From positions 29,760,001-29,824,000 of the forward strand of contig CM069155.1 in the NCBI GenBank assembly GCA_035221665.1: a DNA stretch of 64,000 nt, given 5' to 3'. Source of the stretch: Okamejei kenojei. Taxonomy: Eukaryota. The notes beneath the pieces were generated by a model. The model worked only from the letters and a program-made list of their open reading frames with translations, did not search any database and was not told the DNA's origin. Below, in pieces: positions 49,475 through 60,819 of this stretch (positions within the stretch are counted from its first letter, which is position 1; each line of letters opens with the position of its first letter). The position numbers and the translations under genes are program-made.

Positions 49475-52281
49475 GGCCAGTAGTATCTGTGGATTCAGAT
49501 GACGGTGGTGATTCTCCCCCAGGAGCTAAAAAGATGTGGGGTAGAATGCAACAAATGGAACACATGCTCCAGGTTTTAATACAGCAAGGGGCTAAGGCCA
49601 ATGATATTCCTCAGGCAGTTGAGCAGCAAGGACCCTATGAAGAGGATTACCTGGAATACCGCCGTGGGGAATTCCTTCCAGTGCCTATTATAGGACTGGG
49701 GGATGCCTCCCTAGACTATCAAATGGGAGATGTGGGACAGGATGCAGCTGACTCTATGTCTGGTGTCCCTGCTTATGTGCAAACACCAGAGCACAAGAGC
49801 CTTGCTCCGGGTGTACCGGACATAGCAATGTCTTTTGCTATTCCGGAGGGAACTGGTAAGCCGATGGAAGAATACCTCGCAACTAATATAAATGACTTGG
49901 TTTCTCTCCAGCTACAACTATCTGTCATGCAGGAGACAAGCAGTAAATATAAAACACCAGTTAACTGTGCCTCATTAAAAGTGCCAATGGTGAACCCAGC
50001 CGAATGGGCACCCATGAGTCCTTCCATGAGGGGGCAGGAGGTTCGTTATCAGCACGTCCTTAAATTGGTGGCGGCCACGATCACTGCATTTGGCACCATG
50101 GTCCGAGGGACCGTGTTATCTCAGTTACAGAAGGACATGTTAGGTATGATCTGTAACGTCTTTTTCGAAAGTAACTGCATTTGGAAAATTGCCATCAGGC
50201 CTACTTTAAACCAAAAGTTTGCTGCGCTCTGTAAGGCGACCAACGTCCAGTCGCCTGAACTCCTCTTTGGTTCCGATCTCGTCAAGCAAATTCGAGATAT
50301 TGACGAGGAGGCGAAAACCATGGGGCTAATGAAGCCGGCCACAGCTCGTCCGTCTATTCGGAAGCCGGGGGTCGTTTACCGCAGGTCCGATCCGGGTGCG
50401 GGGCCCAGCAGAGGGAGGCCAGGGTGGCAATGAGGGTATCCACCACGTCAGGTTGCCTATAACCCCAACACGGCCAGACAACAGTTTTCCAAACCACCGC
50501 CAGAGGTACCGGGACTTTGTATTCAGGTTACAAATTCGGGTGTGCAACCTCCTATTGGAGGTCGGTTACATTTATTTTATAATGAATGGTGTTGTATAAC
50601 GTCTGATATCTTTATACTAAATACTGTGTCGGAGTCCACCATTGAGTTTATCTCAGGGATAGATCCACCTGTCCAGCATAAGCCTTGTAAAGTGTTGGTG
50701 TTTTCTGTTCCGGAGACTGAGCAAATCAATGTGGAGATTCAGAATTTGTTCCGTAAAGGTGTGATTGAAAAAGCATTTCATCATCCTCAACAATTTGTGT
50801 CTAATATTTTTCCCAGACCCAAAAAAGATGGTGGTTGTCGAGTAATTCTGGATCTCACTCAATTGAATACTTCAGTTCTCTATAAGCATTTTAAAATGGA
50901 CACATTCGTTACTGCAAAGCTGCTGATGTCCCAGGTTGTTATATGGCCACCATTGATTTACAAGATGCTTATTATTCGGTGCCAATTCATGTTGATTATC
51001 GCAGATACTTGAAATTTAATTGGATGGGACAGCTGTGGCAATATAGAACATTGCCTAATGGATTAAGTTCTGCACCTAGGTTATTTACTCAATTGGTGAA
51101 ACCTGTGCTGGGGCAATTGAGGGCCCACAATCACATTGTTATGGCCTATTTAGATGATATCTTAATTGTCGGCAACACTACAGAGTCAGCTGCAGACTCT
51201 GTTACAGCAACCAAGAATCTCTTCGAATCATTGCGATTTTTGGTCCATCCACTTAAGTCCAAGTTACAGCCAACCCAACAGATTGAGTATTTGGGGTTTC
51301 TTCTGGATTCAGTTCATATGACAGTTACATTACCAGCAGCCAAGGTAGTAGATATTGTTAATGTCTCTATTGGTCTTACTTAACCCCTTTATCCTTCCAT
51401 CCGAGACGTTGCGAAGGTCATTGGGAAATTGGTAGCAGCCTTCCCTGCAGTACAGTTCGGACCTTTGCATTATCAACATTTGCAAAGAGCAAGGGAACAA
51501 GCATTGAAACACAATGGAGGTCAATTTGATCGGCTTATGCAGTTACCCACTACGGCTCTGGCAGAATTGCAGTGGTGGATTGTTAATGTTAGCCAAGCCA
51601 CCAATTACATTTTGGTGGACGAACCTTCAGTGATTTTACAGACTGATGTTAGCGCTCTCGGATGGGGGGCTACAGACACAGAGTCTAGCTGTGGGGGTAG
51701 ATGGACTGAGCAAGAGGACTTGCTTCTTCACACACATGGTATTAATTGCCTGGAATTATTGGGTGCTTTTTATGGGTTAAAAGCATATTTCTCCACAATG
51801 TCAGATTTCCACGTTCAACTCCAGATTTATAACACCACAGCTGTGGCATATATTAATCATATTGTTGCTAGATTTGGGTTGCCAGATATCGATCTCTTTG
51901 CATCAAGACTGAATCACTGGTTGCCTAAATATGACTCCTGGGAGCCAGATGCAGGTGCAGTAGATGTGGATGCGTTCTCGTTACACTGGGGACACTCATC
52001 TTTTATGTGTTTCCTCCATTATGCCTGATTCCAAAATGTCTTACTAAAATAGAGCGTGACTCCACCAAAGGAGTTTTGGTGGTCCCAGATTGGCCAACAC
52101 AATCATGGTTCCCATTGGTACTGAGAATGATGGCACAGCCATTCATGCACATTCCCAGCGGCAGTCATTTGTTGGTGCATCCGGTTACAGGAGAAAGTCA
52201 CCCATTATATGACCATATCAATTTGTTGGTCTGCAGGTTCTGACCAGACCATTTCAAGGCCTTGGATTATCGAACAGGACC

Positions 52282-53210
52282 ATGGAGGTTATGACTGCAG
52301 GGTGGAGAACTAGCACTAAAAAACAATACCTCATGCACATTAAGAAATGGGAATGCTTCTGTGTACAGTCTAATATATCGTATGATACTGCTAGTATATG
52401 TGATGTGTTGGAGTTCCTTGCTACTTTGCATTTTGATGAGCACCTTAGTTATAGTGCTATTAACACTGCTCGCAGTGCTTTGTCCTCTTATTTAGGGCAG
52501 TCTTCAGCACGACAACCTATCGGGTCTCATCCATTGGTATCCAGGTTCATGAGAGGAATTTTTAACAAAAACCCTCCTCAGCCCGATACACAGCAATCTG
52601 GGATATCAGTATAGTTCTCACACTGCTTTGGCAATGGGCTCCAATTGCGTCCTTATCTTTGCAAAAATTGACTCTTAAAGTGGTTATGTTAATGGCGTTG
52701 GTTTCAGCACAACATGTCCAAACATTGTACTTGTTAAGAATAGATTATATGCATTTTTCTCAAGATGATGTTACATTTTATGTCTGTGATTTACTCAAAC
52801 CAAGTAGACCAGGAAGGTCAGGAATCAAGGTGACGTTTAAAGCATATCCTGTTGACCAACTGTTATGTGTAGTTAAACATTTAACCCAATATATTGCGTT
52901 AACAAGGAGTCTGAGAGGTTCTGAGACAGGACTGCTCATTAGTCACAAAAAGCCATATAAGCAAGTGTCAGTAAAAACTATTTCTAGATGGTTGAAACAG
53001 GTTCTCAGTTCTGCGGGTATCGACACTGATGTGTTTAAATCTCACTCCACCAGGGCGACGTCTACATCCGCGGCGAAGGCTCAGGACGTGCCGCTAGATC
53101 AAATCCTCGCGGCCGCAGGGTGGTCCAGAGAGTCAACTTTTTCTCGTTTCTATGATAAACCTGTTCAGGCAGAGCCACGTTTTAGGCCTGCTGTTTTGGG
53201 TACCATTTAA
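52282..53210 (+). pseudogene. DIRS tyrosine recombinase (frameshifted near 52580)
   Basis: SAM-like LSYSAINTARSALS; catalytic HSTR, AAGW and TFSRFY; the first catalytic Arg reads His (SAQHVQ). Confidence 0.85.
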
Positions 53211-53443
53211 TTTTATTGCTTTGTTTATATCACTTATTGTTTGTAATTTCCCCCTGGGACAGAGGGGTCATTACTCTGTTTGTTATTAATAAAATCGTTA
53301 TTGAATTATTCATGCAATGCTCAATATCTTCTTTATTGTACTACTGTGTCAACCGAAGCAGCTTGTCCTATGGAGTGCATCTGGGGCATGCAAACACAGA
53401 GCTTTGAAATCTTCACATAGTCACTCACGTGACTCCGAAGTAA

Positions 53444-53741
53444 AATAGTAAGATTAAACGAGAACTTACCAGTTCGAAGTTAGATCCTTATTTTATGAGG
53501 AGTGACGTTGAGGGATTACGTGCCCTCCGCTCCCACCCTCATAATCTAAGAAATCATCTGGTAGTTCTAGTCTTCTACGAGCCTTACTATGTTACTTTTG
53601 TTTTCTGTGTTTTCACCCCGCTGCATTGAAGTATGACGCGCATGCGCCTGGCAGGCCTTCTTCATGTAATCACTCAACGTCACTCCTCATAAAATAAGGA
53701 TCAAACTTCGAACTGGTAAGTTCTCGTTTAATCTTACTATT
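53444..53741. repeat. 79-bp inverted repeat (53444-53522 vs 53663-53741): DIRS internal complementary region and right terminus
   Basis: 76/79 reverse-complement identity by manual alignment. Confidence 0.9.
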
Positions 53742-55215
53742 CTCTGTGGCAAAAAAAAACAATCAGCAGAACAATCAATGGTATAAATAAAGTAATATGA
53801 CTGTGTCTGCTACATCAGAGATCAGATCATATGAAATTTAAATATATTGTAAGGCAATCAGAACCAGAACCAATTCTGCCTACTCTCTCTTTTCAGTTAG
53901 CTAGCCTTCCATTCACGATAGCATGTGACCTCTAGTATATGCATCATTTTCCTTCTTTGGACAATGCACGATAATTCTTCACGGTATTCCAATACATTAG
54001 CCAAACGTTGCCTGCCGAGTTGCTGGACCACTTCTGCACAAACGCAAGTGATAGTTTTAATATTCAATAATATTAACATTTCCAAATATCCTACTATGAC
54101 GCTTATTCGCGTCAAATTTGATCCAAAGCAGCCAATGAAATTTGATCCAAAGCAGCTACTTCGGCAAAATACCTCTAATATCATTTGTGATCACAGGCCT
54201 GTGAAAGGAATGGACGTGGTGGATAAAAGAATATCTAGGAGTGCTTTCTGTGCCAGTGCTATATCCACTGAAAATAAGTGATGCCAGGTAAGACGATGAA
54301 GCATCAGTGTGCTGATATTTTGAGGGTACGAAGCCATTGCATTGTACCCTTAAAGTATGCATAGGGAGGTGTAAGAAAAATCCCGAAATCAGGTTTCCGA
54401 ATTGCAGGAAGGCCGATTTCAGTAACATTGTAAGAAGTAAGTTCTGGAATGGTATTCCTAGTGGATTGGAGCTGTATCTTCGCCAAAAGGACTGCATTAA
54501 TTCCAGGGAAGGTGTTCCTTAACGAATAAAGAGTCCACATCACATCCCTATATTTAATGTATTAGGGATCATAGTCTTCTGGCCTTTCATCTTTACCTGA
54601 AATTGCACTGCTACATAATCTCCGGGTTAACCTACGGGAACAGATTGCTTCTCGACCTGGCTGCCCTGGTAATGCTACCCCTCGCTGAGCCATCACAATG
54701 TATGCAATTTTGCTCCAACCGAGCAATTTGGAAGCGCGCTTCGCTTGCAGGAAACATTCCACACTGTTTGTTAGTCATTAACCCCGTTATTCTTCAGCTG
54801 TGGCTTCTATGCAATGTACATCTTCCCTGCGTAAAACGATAAAACAATATTTAAATGCCTAATCTTATTTATTTAAGAGAATATCTATATTGCTTTAATA
54901 TTTCACTTCCATTAATTTGTTAATGTGATAAACGTCTACTTCATTCCCAAAGTGCTAGAGTAATTCAGCAGATCGGGCAGCATCTTTGGAGGACATGGAT
55001 ATGTTATGCTTTGGGTGGGGACCCTTTTCCAGAGTCGAAAGAAGGTTCGCGATCCGAAATGTCCTTACGAGACCATCTAATTGTGCGTTTTAATGAAGAT
55101 TCCAGCATCTCACAGTCGCATCTCCTTGAACGTCACAACCCCGTTCTGTTGAACATTTCATTACAAATGTTAATCTTTTGAGACTGTCAATCTGCATGTC
55201 CACTCCTCCCCCCCC

Positions 55216-55271
<56 letters not shown>

Positions 55272-56723
55272 GTTACTTGTAGGGGATGAATATTCAGAGT
55301 GAGAAAGGTATCAAAGTGGATTATTTTCTTCTGGATGTAGTTCAACTTGATTGCTGTTTGAGCTGCATGGGGAATTCTTATGTCATCATTTCAACTAAAA
55401 TGTTGTTAATGCCAGTTAAATGGTGCATAATCATGCCAATGGATCAATGGAATGATTCCCCTGTTCCAACAGAGATAGCATTTCAGAAGTACCGAGGAGT
55501 AGAACAATTTCGGAAAGTTTGAGACATGAATGCCTTTGCTGGACTTGGTTTCATGGTCATCGAACTGAGGACTTTTATGAGATGCGAGTATTAACTGTTC
55601 AGGCCCATCAGCAGAACAGCCCGGACTCCTTTGATTAACTACCAGAGAAATCGTTAGTCTAAATGGCAGCGATTTGAAAATTAAGACTTTTTTTAACTGT
55701 ATTTTCTTGTTCATAACCGTTAGCACTGATTCACCTGCTGTTACTACCCTGCAGGGACAATCCATAAAGTGAAAGGAGCGCTGTCGCGACAACTAGCGCA
55801 ATTGGGTTGCGATATAAAATCTGTGTACATCAGATCAAGTATAAGGCAACGCTGGTGTCATGTAAATATAATTTCATATGTCAGATGAAGTTGGACATAA
55901 TTACTATCATAGCAATGCAAGCACATGCAGATATCGACGTCTTTAATACATAAATCTCGCCAGCAACTCCTTGGTCGATTAAACATGTTTGTCAATTGTT
56001 TCTCAATTGTCAATTGTCCGTGCTACACGTGTGCTGCTAGCAAGCATGCTTTCCAGAATTACAGCGGTTTTGACGGTGCATTGACACCCAAATTTGCAAA
56101 TTCGTAAATAACTTTGCAGGCTATTGCTTCTTCACATTGCGCTTTGTAAGATTTCCTACACACCATCTTCACCAGAATATTTACCAGTTTCAAATAAAAT
56201 GTGGGTATGCAAATAAAAGGTTGAAGGTACTTGACGCGCACAGTAGTGCGAGACCATGAGATCAGATTCTTCAGCCCCTGTTGTAATGTATCCCTTCATT
56301 TTTCAAGATTGAATGAACAGTCGCCAGAACTTATGATGCGGTTATTCGATTAATTTCTTTGAAGGCGGATGCCGTGCAACTGCACAACAAAGATTCGGAA
56401 TAATGAAAAGGAATAATTCAACACCTCCTTTCAAACGAAACAAAGTCTCTTATGTGATTGAGTCTATATTAAATTGTACCGAGATACAAATGTACCGAGA
56501 TAAATTGTACCGAGATATTCGACACCAAATCCTATTTACCTTGGAAATAATTTGACACGGGAAGATTCTGGCAACTTCTGATTGGCGCAACACACATTCT
56601 GATTTGACTGTTGACTGATAGATAAGGAACTCGCGGCGACGCCTTGCCATACGGTTCATAAGCGACCCGGAGAGAAACACTGAGAAGCCACTTCACCTGG
56701 CATTCTCCGCTCAATTAATTACA

Positions 56724-56772
56724 ATGTCTTGTTGGATCTTTCTAGTCTATGCGTTAGCGTTTTCCGCAGATA
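56724..56772 (+). CDS. IGL: IgL cluster 3 leader exon
   Basis: MSCWIFLVYALAFSAD; GTGAGT at 56773. Confidence 0.9.
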
Positions 56773-58944
56773 GTGAGTATTGACTTCTACCGACATGACA
56801 TTTAATCTCGAGTACGATTAAATCTTTCTATCCGTGATATTTCTGCTGTTTCTCTAATATTAGTTAATATTCTACTTTTTTCTGGTTTGTTTTCCAGATC
56901 TAAATGCGCAATTTGCAGTAAATCAGCCGTCTTCAAAATCCACATCTCTGGGACAGAGCGTGGAAATACCCTGTACTCTGTCTGGCGGCAGTTTAGATAA
57001 CAGAGCGATTTCCTGGTACCAGCAGATTCCAGGAACGGTTCCGCGGTATTTGATCTACTATTACTCGGGCAGCAGCATTTCCAGAGGCTCGGGAGTTTCT
57101 GAACGTTTCTCCGGATTAGTGTCAGGCAACACTGCAACATTGACAATATCGAACGTGCAGTCGGAGGACGCAGCGGATTACTACTGTGCTGTGTGGAATG
57201 ATGCTTTCGTCTACGGCAAAGGAACGAGCCTGGGTATTGGCAGTAAGTAAAATACCTTCTATCTTTGGGTTAGACACAAAAAGCTGGTGTGACGCAGCGA
57301 GACAGGCAGCATCTCTGGAGAATTACAGAGTTATGAGGAAGTTACTGCAGGTTGGTTTAAACCGAAGATAGACACGACAAGCTGGATAGGCAGCATCTCT
57401 GGAGGGCATGAATGGGTCTGCAGTTCCTTCCTGCATATTCTATCTTTGGGTTAATGATATTGCAGTGAAAAGTAATTGGTTTTCTGTCGCTAATCGATGG
57501 TTCAAAGAAAAAGTTTTAACGCTAATATGTTCAGCGTTCGACCAAAGCCTAGTTTCCTTTGGCAAATTATTCAAAGGGGCTGATTCTCGGCCGACTGTTT
57601 GTATTTTTGACACTAAATAGCTGAAATAAAAGATATTTAAAGCTGGTATTTTTTAAATTCCCGGCCATGATCGAGTATTTTTGGCAAATTAGTTGACAAC
57701 AGCAATGAAAGCACTACACGGCTGTCCAGCTGTTTTATTATTCTTAATTACTTTGTGGACGGCGAGATAACAAATATCAAACCTGGATAAGAATTAGACC
57801 GAACGTAAGGAAACGGGAAATAACTTTGCAGGGACAAGGAACTGCAGATGCTGATTTATAAAAAAAGACACAAAGCTCTGGAGTGACTCAGCGTGTAGGG
57901 CAGCATCCCTGGAGAACATGGATAGGTGACTTTCGGTTCGGGTCCCTTCTTCAAATCAGTTTAGTTCCGTGTGACATCTTATAACGCATGTTGCTGTTGT
58001 GCCATTAAGCGAAAGGAATAAGATTCGCTATTCAAACTTCAGAAATCTGAGCTGAATTATTACTTCAAAGAGAAGAGACGGGTCAAGGAAAAACAAACAC
58101 ATACGTTTCAGGATTAATGTAAATCATATCAACGACTATTTAAAATGCGAGAAAACGGTAAATTTAACGTTGCTGCAAATTTAGTCTGTTCATCGATGGC
58201 CAAAACGACAAAATATTCTTGACACTAAAATACAACCATTAGTAACATTTCGGTATGTGGTCTTAATAAATGAACAGATGAATTAAGGGAAGGTATTTAA
58301 ACAAAACTAACGTTTTAAGCGAGTTTAGTGGAACTTTGGCTGCAATGAAAACCCACAACTGGCTGTCGGGTAAAACACTCTTTTTTTTTGTATCTGAAGC
58401 CAATGTAAATAATACTCTGGAGATCAAATAAAAACACTGCCGAAATAATATATTTTACGCTACTGCGTATATTCTGTCCCATTGCCATAACTAGCAGTTA
58501 TTTTTTGGAGATCGCACTTGGAACGAATGAATCCATGCTTTACCAACTGTATTTTTAACAAAGATGTTTTAACCGAAGCAGTTCTGCTAGCCCTACTAAT
58601 CTGTGACTTTATTTTGAATAGTACCTCAGCCCCCCGCGGTGTCCGTCCTTGGTCCTTCGGCGCAAGAATTGACGGGAAAGGGAACCGCCACCCTTGTGTG
58701 TTTGGTGAGTGGGTTTAATCCGGGTGCTGTGGAAATTGAGTGGACTGTGGACGGCAGTGCGAGAAGTGATGGCGTCGAAACCAGCCCAATCCAACAGGAG
58801 GCGGACAACACTTTCAGTGCGAGCAGTTACCTGACTCTGCCAGCCACAGTCTGGAACTCACACGAGCTTTACTCCTGTGTGGTTAAACACGAGTCGCGGG
58901 CATGCCCGGTGCAGGGAAACATCGCCAGGTCCAGCTGTCTGTAA
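56724..58944 (+). CDS. IGL: Ig light chain minicluster 3, germline-joined L-VJ-C (exons 56724-56772, 56898-57242, 58622-58944)
   Basis: Same exon sizes and splice sites; open frame; J motif reads YGKGT. Confidence 0.92.
56898..57242 (+). CDS. IGLV: IgL cluster 3 fused V-J exon
   Basis: ...PCTLSGGSLDNRAISWYQQ...YYCAVWNDAFVYGKGTSLGIG; GTAAGT at 57243. Confidence 0.93.
58622..58944 (+). CDS. IGLC: IgL cluster 3 constant exon
   Basis: TAG acceptor 58619-58621; C1-set ORF ending SSCL*. Confidence 0.94.
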
Positions 58945-60819
58945 AACATCTAAATTCCAACTAATCAAGCTGAAAAATATTTTTGCTCCGTCCTTCATTT
59001 GTTAAAAATTGATCTAAAAATATTATCTGTTATCGACTAGCATTTGCGATAAAATTGTCCTTTGTCTCTCTGTTTGCAACTCGTTGGAATTGAAACTCCA
59101 ATGTTATTCAATCTGTTAAATGCATTCCCAAATATTCATTAAAAGACAGTGGTCTAAAGATTACATTCAGGTTTTTTGTTGCTTATCCACAGTTCTAACA
59201 TTTTCAAATAGAACTCTCGACTAAAATCAATAATTCAATCTTAAGAGCAATATATTTGTTTGACTTTTATTTTGACTTTTATTTCTGATCAGAGAAAATC
59301 AAATCAATTAATCAACCTTCATTATTTTACTTTATGGAAGAACCGGTGATAAATGGTGCGGAATGTTATATTATCAAACTGGTGTGTTTATAAGTTCGTT
59401 CATATAGTCGCGCGCGCACACACGCACACACACGAACAAAATTGCGCGCTCATGTCGAAACACATTCGAGGACAGACAGTAAACGTTATATTTGACCTTG
59501 CTGATACTATTAACTTAGCAATTCCAAGCTATTTCATCTGTGAATGAAATGGGTGGGGCTGGTGGGGAGTGAGAGTAATATGAGAGTAATTCTAGCACAC
59601 ATGGAGTATCACATATGGTTTTACTTTCCTCGCCTAATAGAGGTATTGAAGTTCTTGGTTGGTGCCTGCTGAGCTGACTAGTGGGATAAGTGCACGCTGC
59701 GAGGAACGACTGAGAAGTGTAGCCTACTTTATCATCCACTCCCTACACGGTGGGGGGTAAGTTTACAGAGGCCAATTGATCTATGAACCCGCAATCTTTG
59801 GGATGTGGGAGGCAACCCACGACATCACGTGGAGAATGTGTAAATTCCTCACAGACAGCTCCCGAGAAAACTTTTAGTGGTCTTGGCAGGAAAGATGCAG
59901 ACGTTATTTCTCCTGATTGATGAGTCCAAACTAAAGTTTGCAGTATCCACAAAGTGCAGAACATAGTACAGCACAGCACACGAACAAGTCTTTTGGCGCT
60001 CCATGTCTCTGCCGAAATGAGGCCAAAACCAAATCTTATCTGCGTGCACGTGATCCGTATCCCGAAGTCTTACAAATGCCACTGGTGCTTGTGCACCCAC
60101 CATCACCCTCGCCAACGCCTTCCGGGCCCTCGCCAAACTCTGTATATAAAATTCCATGCGTCTCTCACCTTGAAGCTATGTCATCTAGTCCTTAATATTT
60201 CCATTCTGAGGGGAAATGGTAATGACTCTCTGCCCTATCTATGAATCTCGTAATTTTATATATTTCTAGCAGGTCTCCCCTCATCGTCAACGGTTACAGA
60301 GAAAACAATCCAATTCTGTCCAACCTCTGCTCGTAGTTAATATCCTAATTCAGGTATCATGCTGGTAAACATCCTCTGCGCCCTTTCCAAGTCCTAGACT
60401 TCCATGTAGTGTTGGGGCGACCAGAAATTATGGCAGTACCCGCGATGCAGCCTAACAGAAGTCGTAAAAGTAACATCATGACTCGCCTGTCCTTATCCTG
60501 AATGCCCTGCCCAATGAAGGAAAACATACAATATGCCTTCTTACCATTCAGTATAGTTGCCACTGAGGGAGATATAGTGCTTCCTTATAGTATAGGCCTC
60601 GGAAAGGGCGCAGAGGATGTTTACCAGCATGATACCCGAATTAGGGGTAATAACTACGAGAGTCGCTAGAAATATATAAAATTATGAGATTCATAGATAG
60701 GGCAGAGAGTCATTACTATTTCCCCTCAGAATGGAAATATTATAGGGAGATATAGACTTGGTTACCGAAATTCCTCTGTACATCAATACATTAATCGAAA
60801 GTAGACACAAAATGCTGGA

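Larger units (their letters stand above)
49475..53741 (+). mobile_element. DIRS1-type tyrosine-recombinase retrotransposon, left end deleted
   Basis: Gag-like ORF to 50433; RT (PKKDGG.RVILDL, DLQDAY, LPNGLSSAPR, YLDDIL); RNase H (LQTDVSALGWG); methyltransferase-like IDLFASRLN/VVPDWPTQSWF; recombinase; terminal inverted repeat/ICR. Confidence 0.93.

Noticed and set aside
52282-53210. Tyrosine recombinase as phage/bacterial contamination, or as the enzyme that joined V and J
   Set aside because: It is the normal DIRS1 integrase, is frameshifted, and occurs in one unit only, so it post-dates the shared VJ join.
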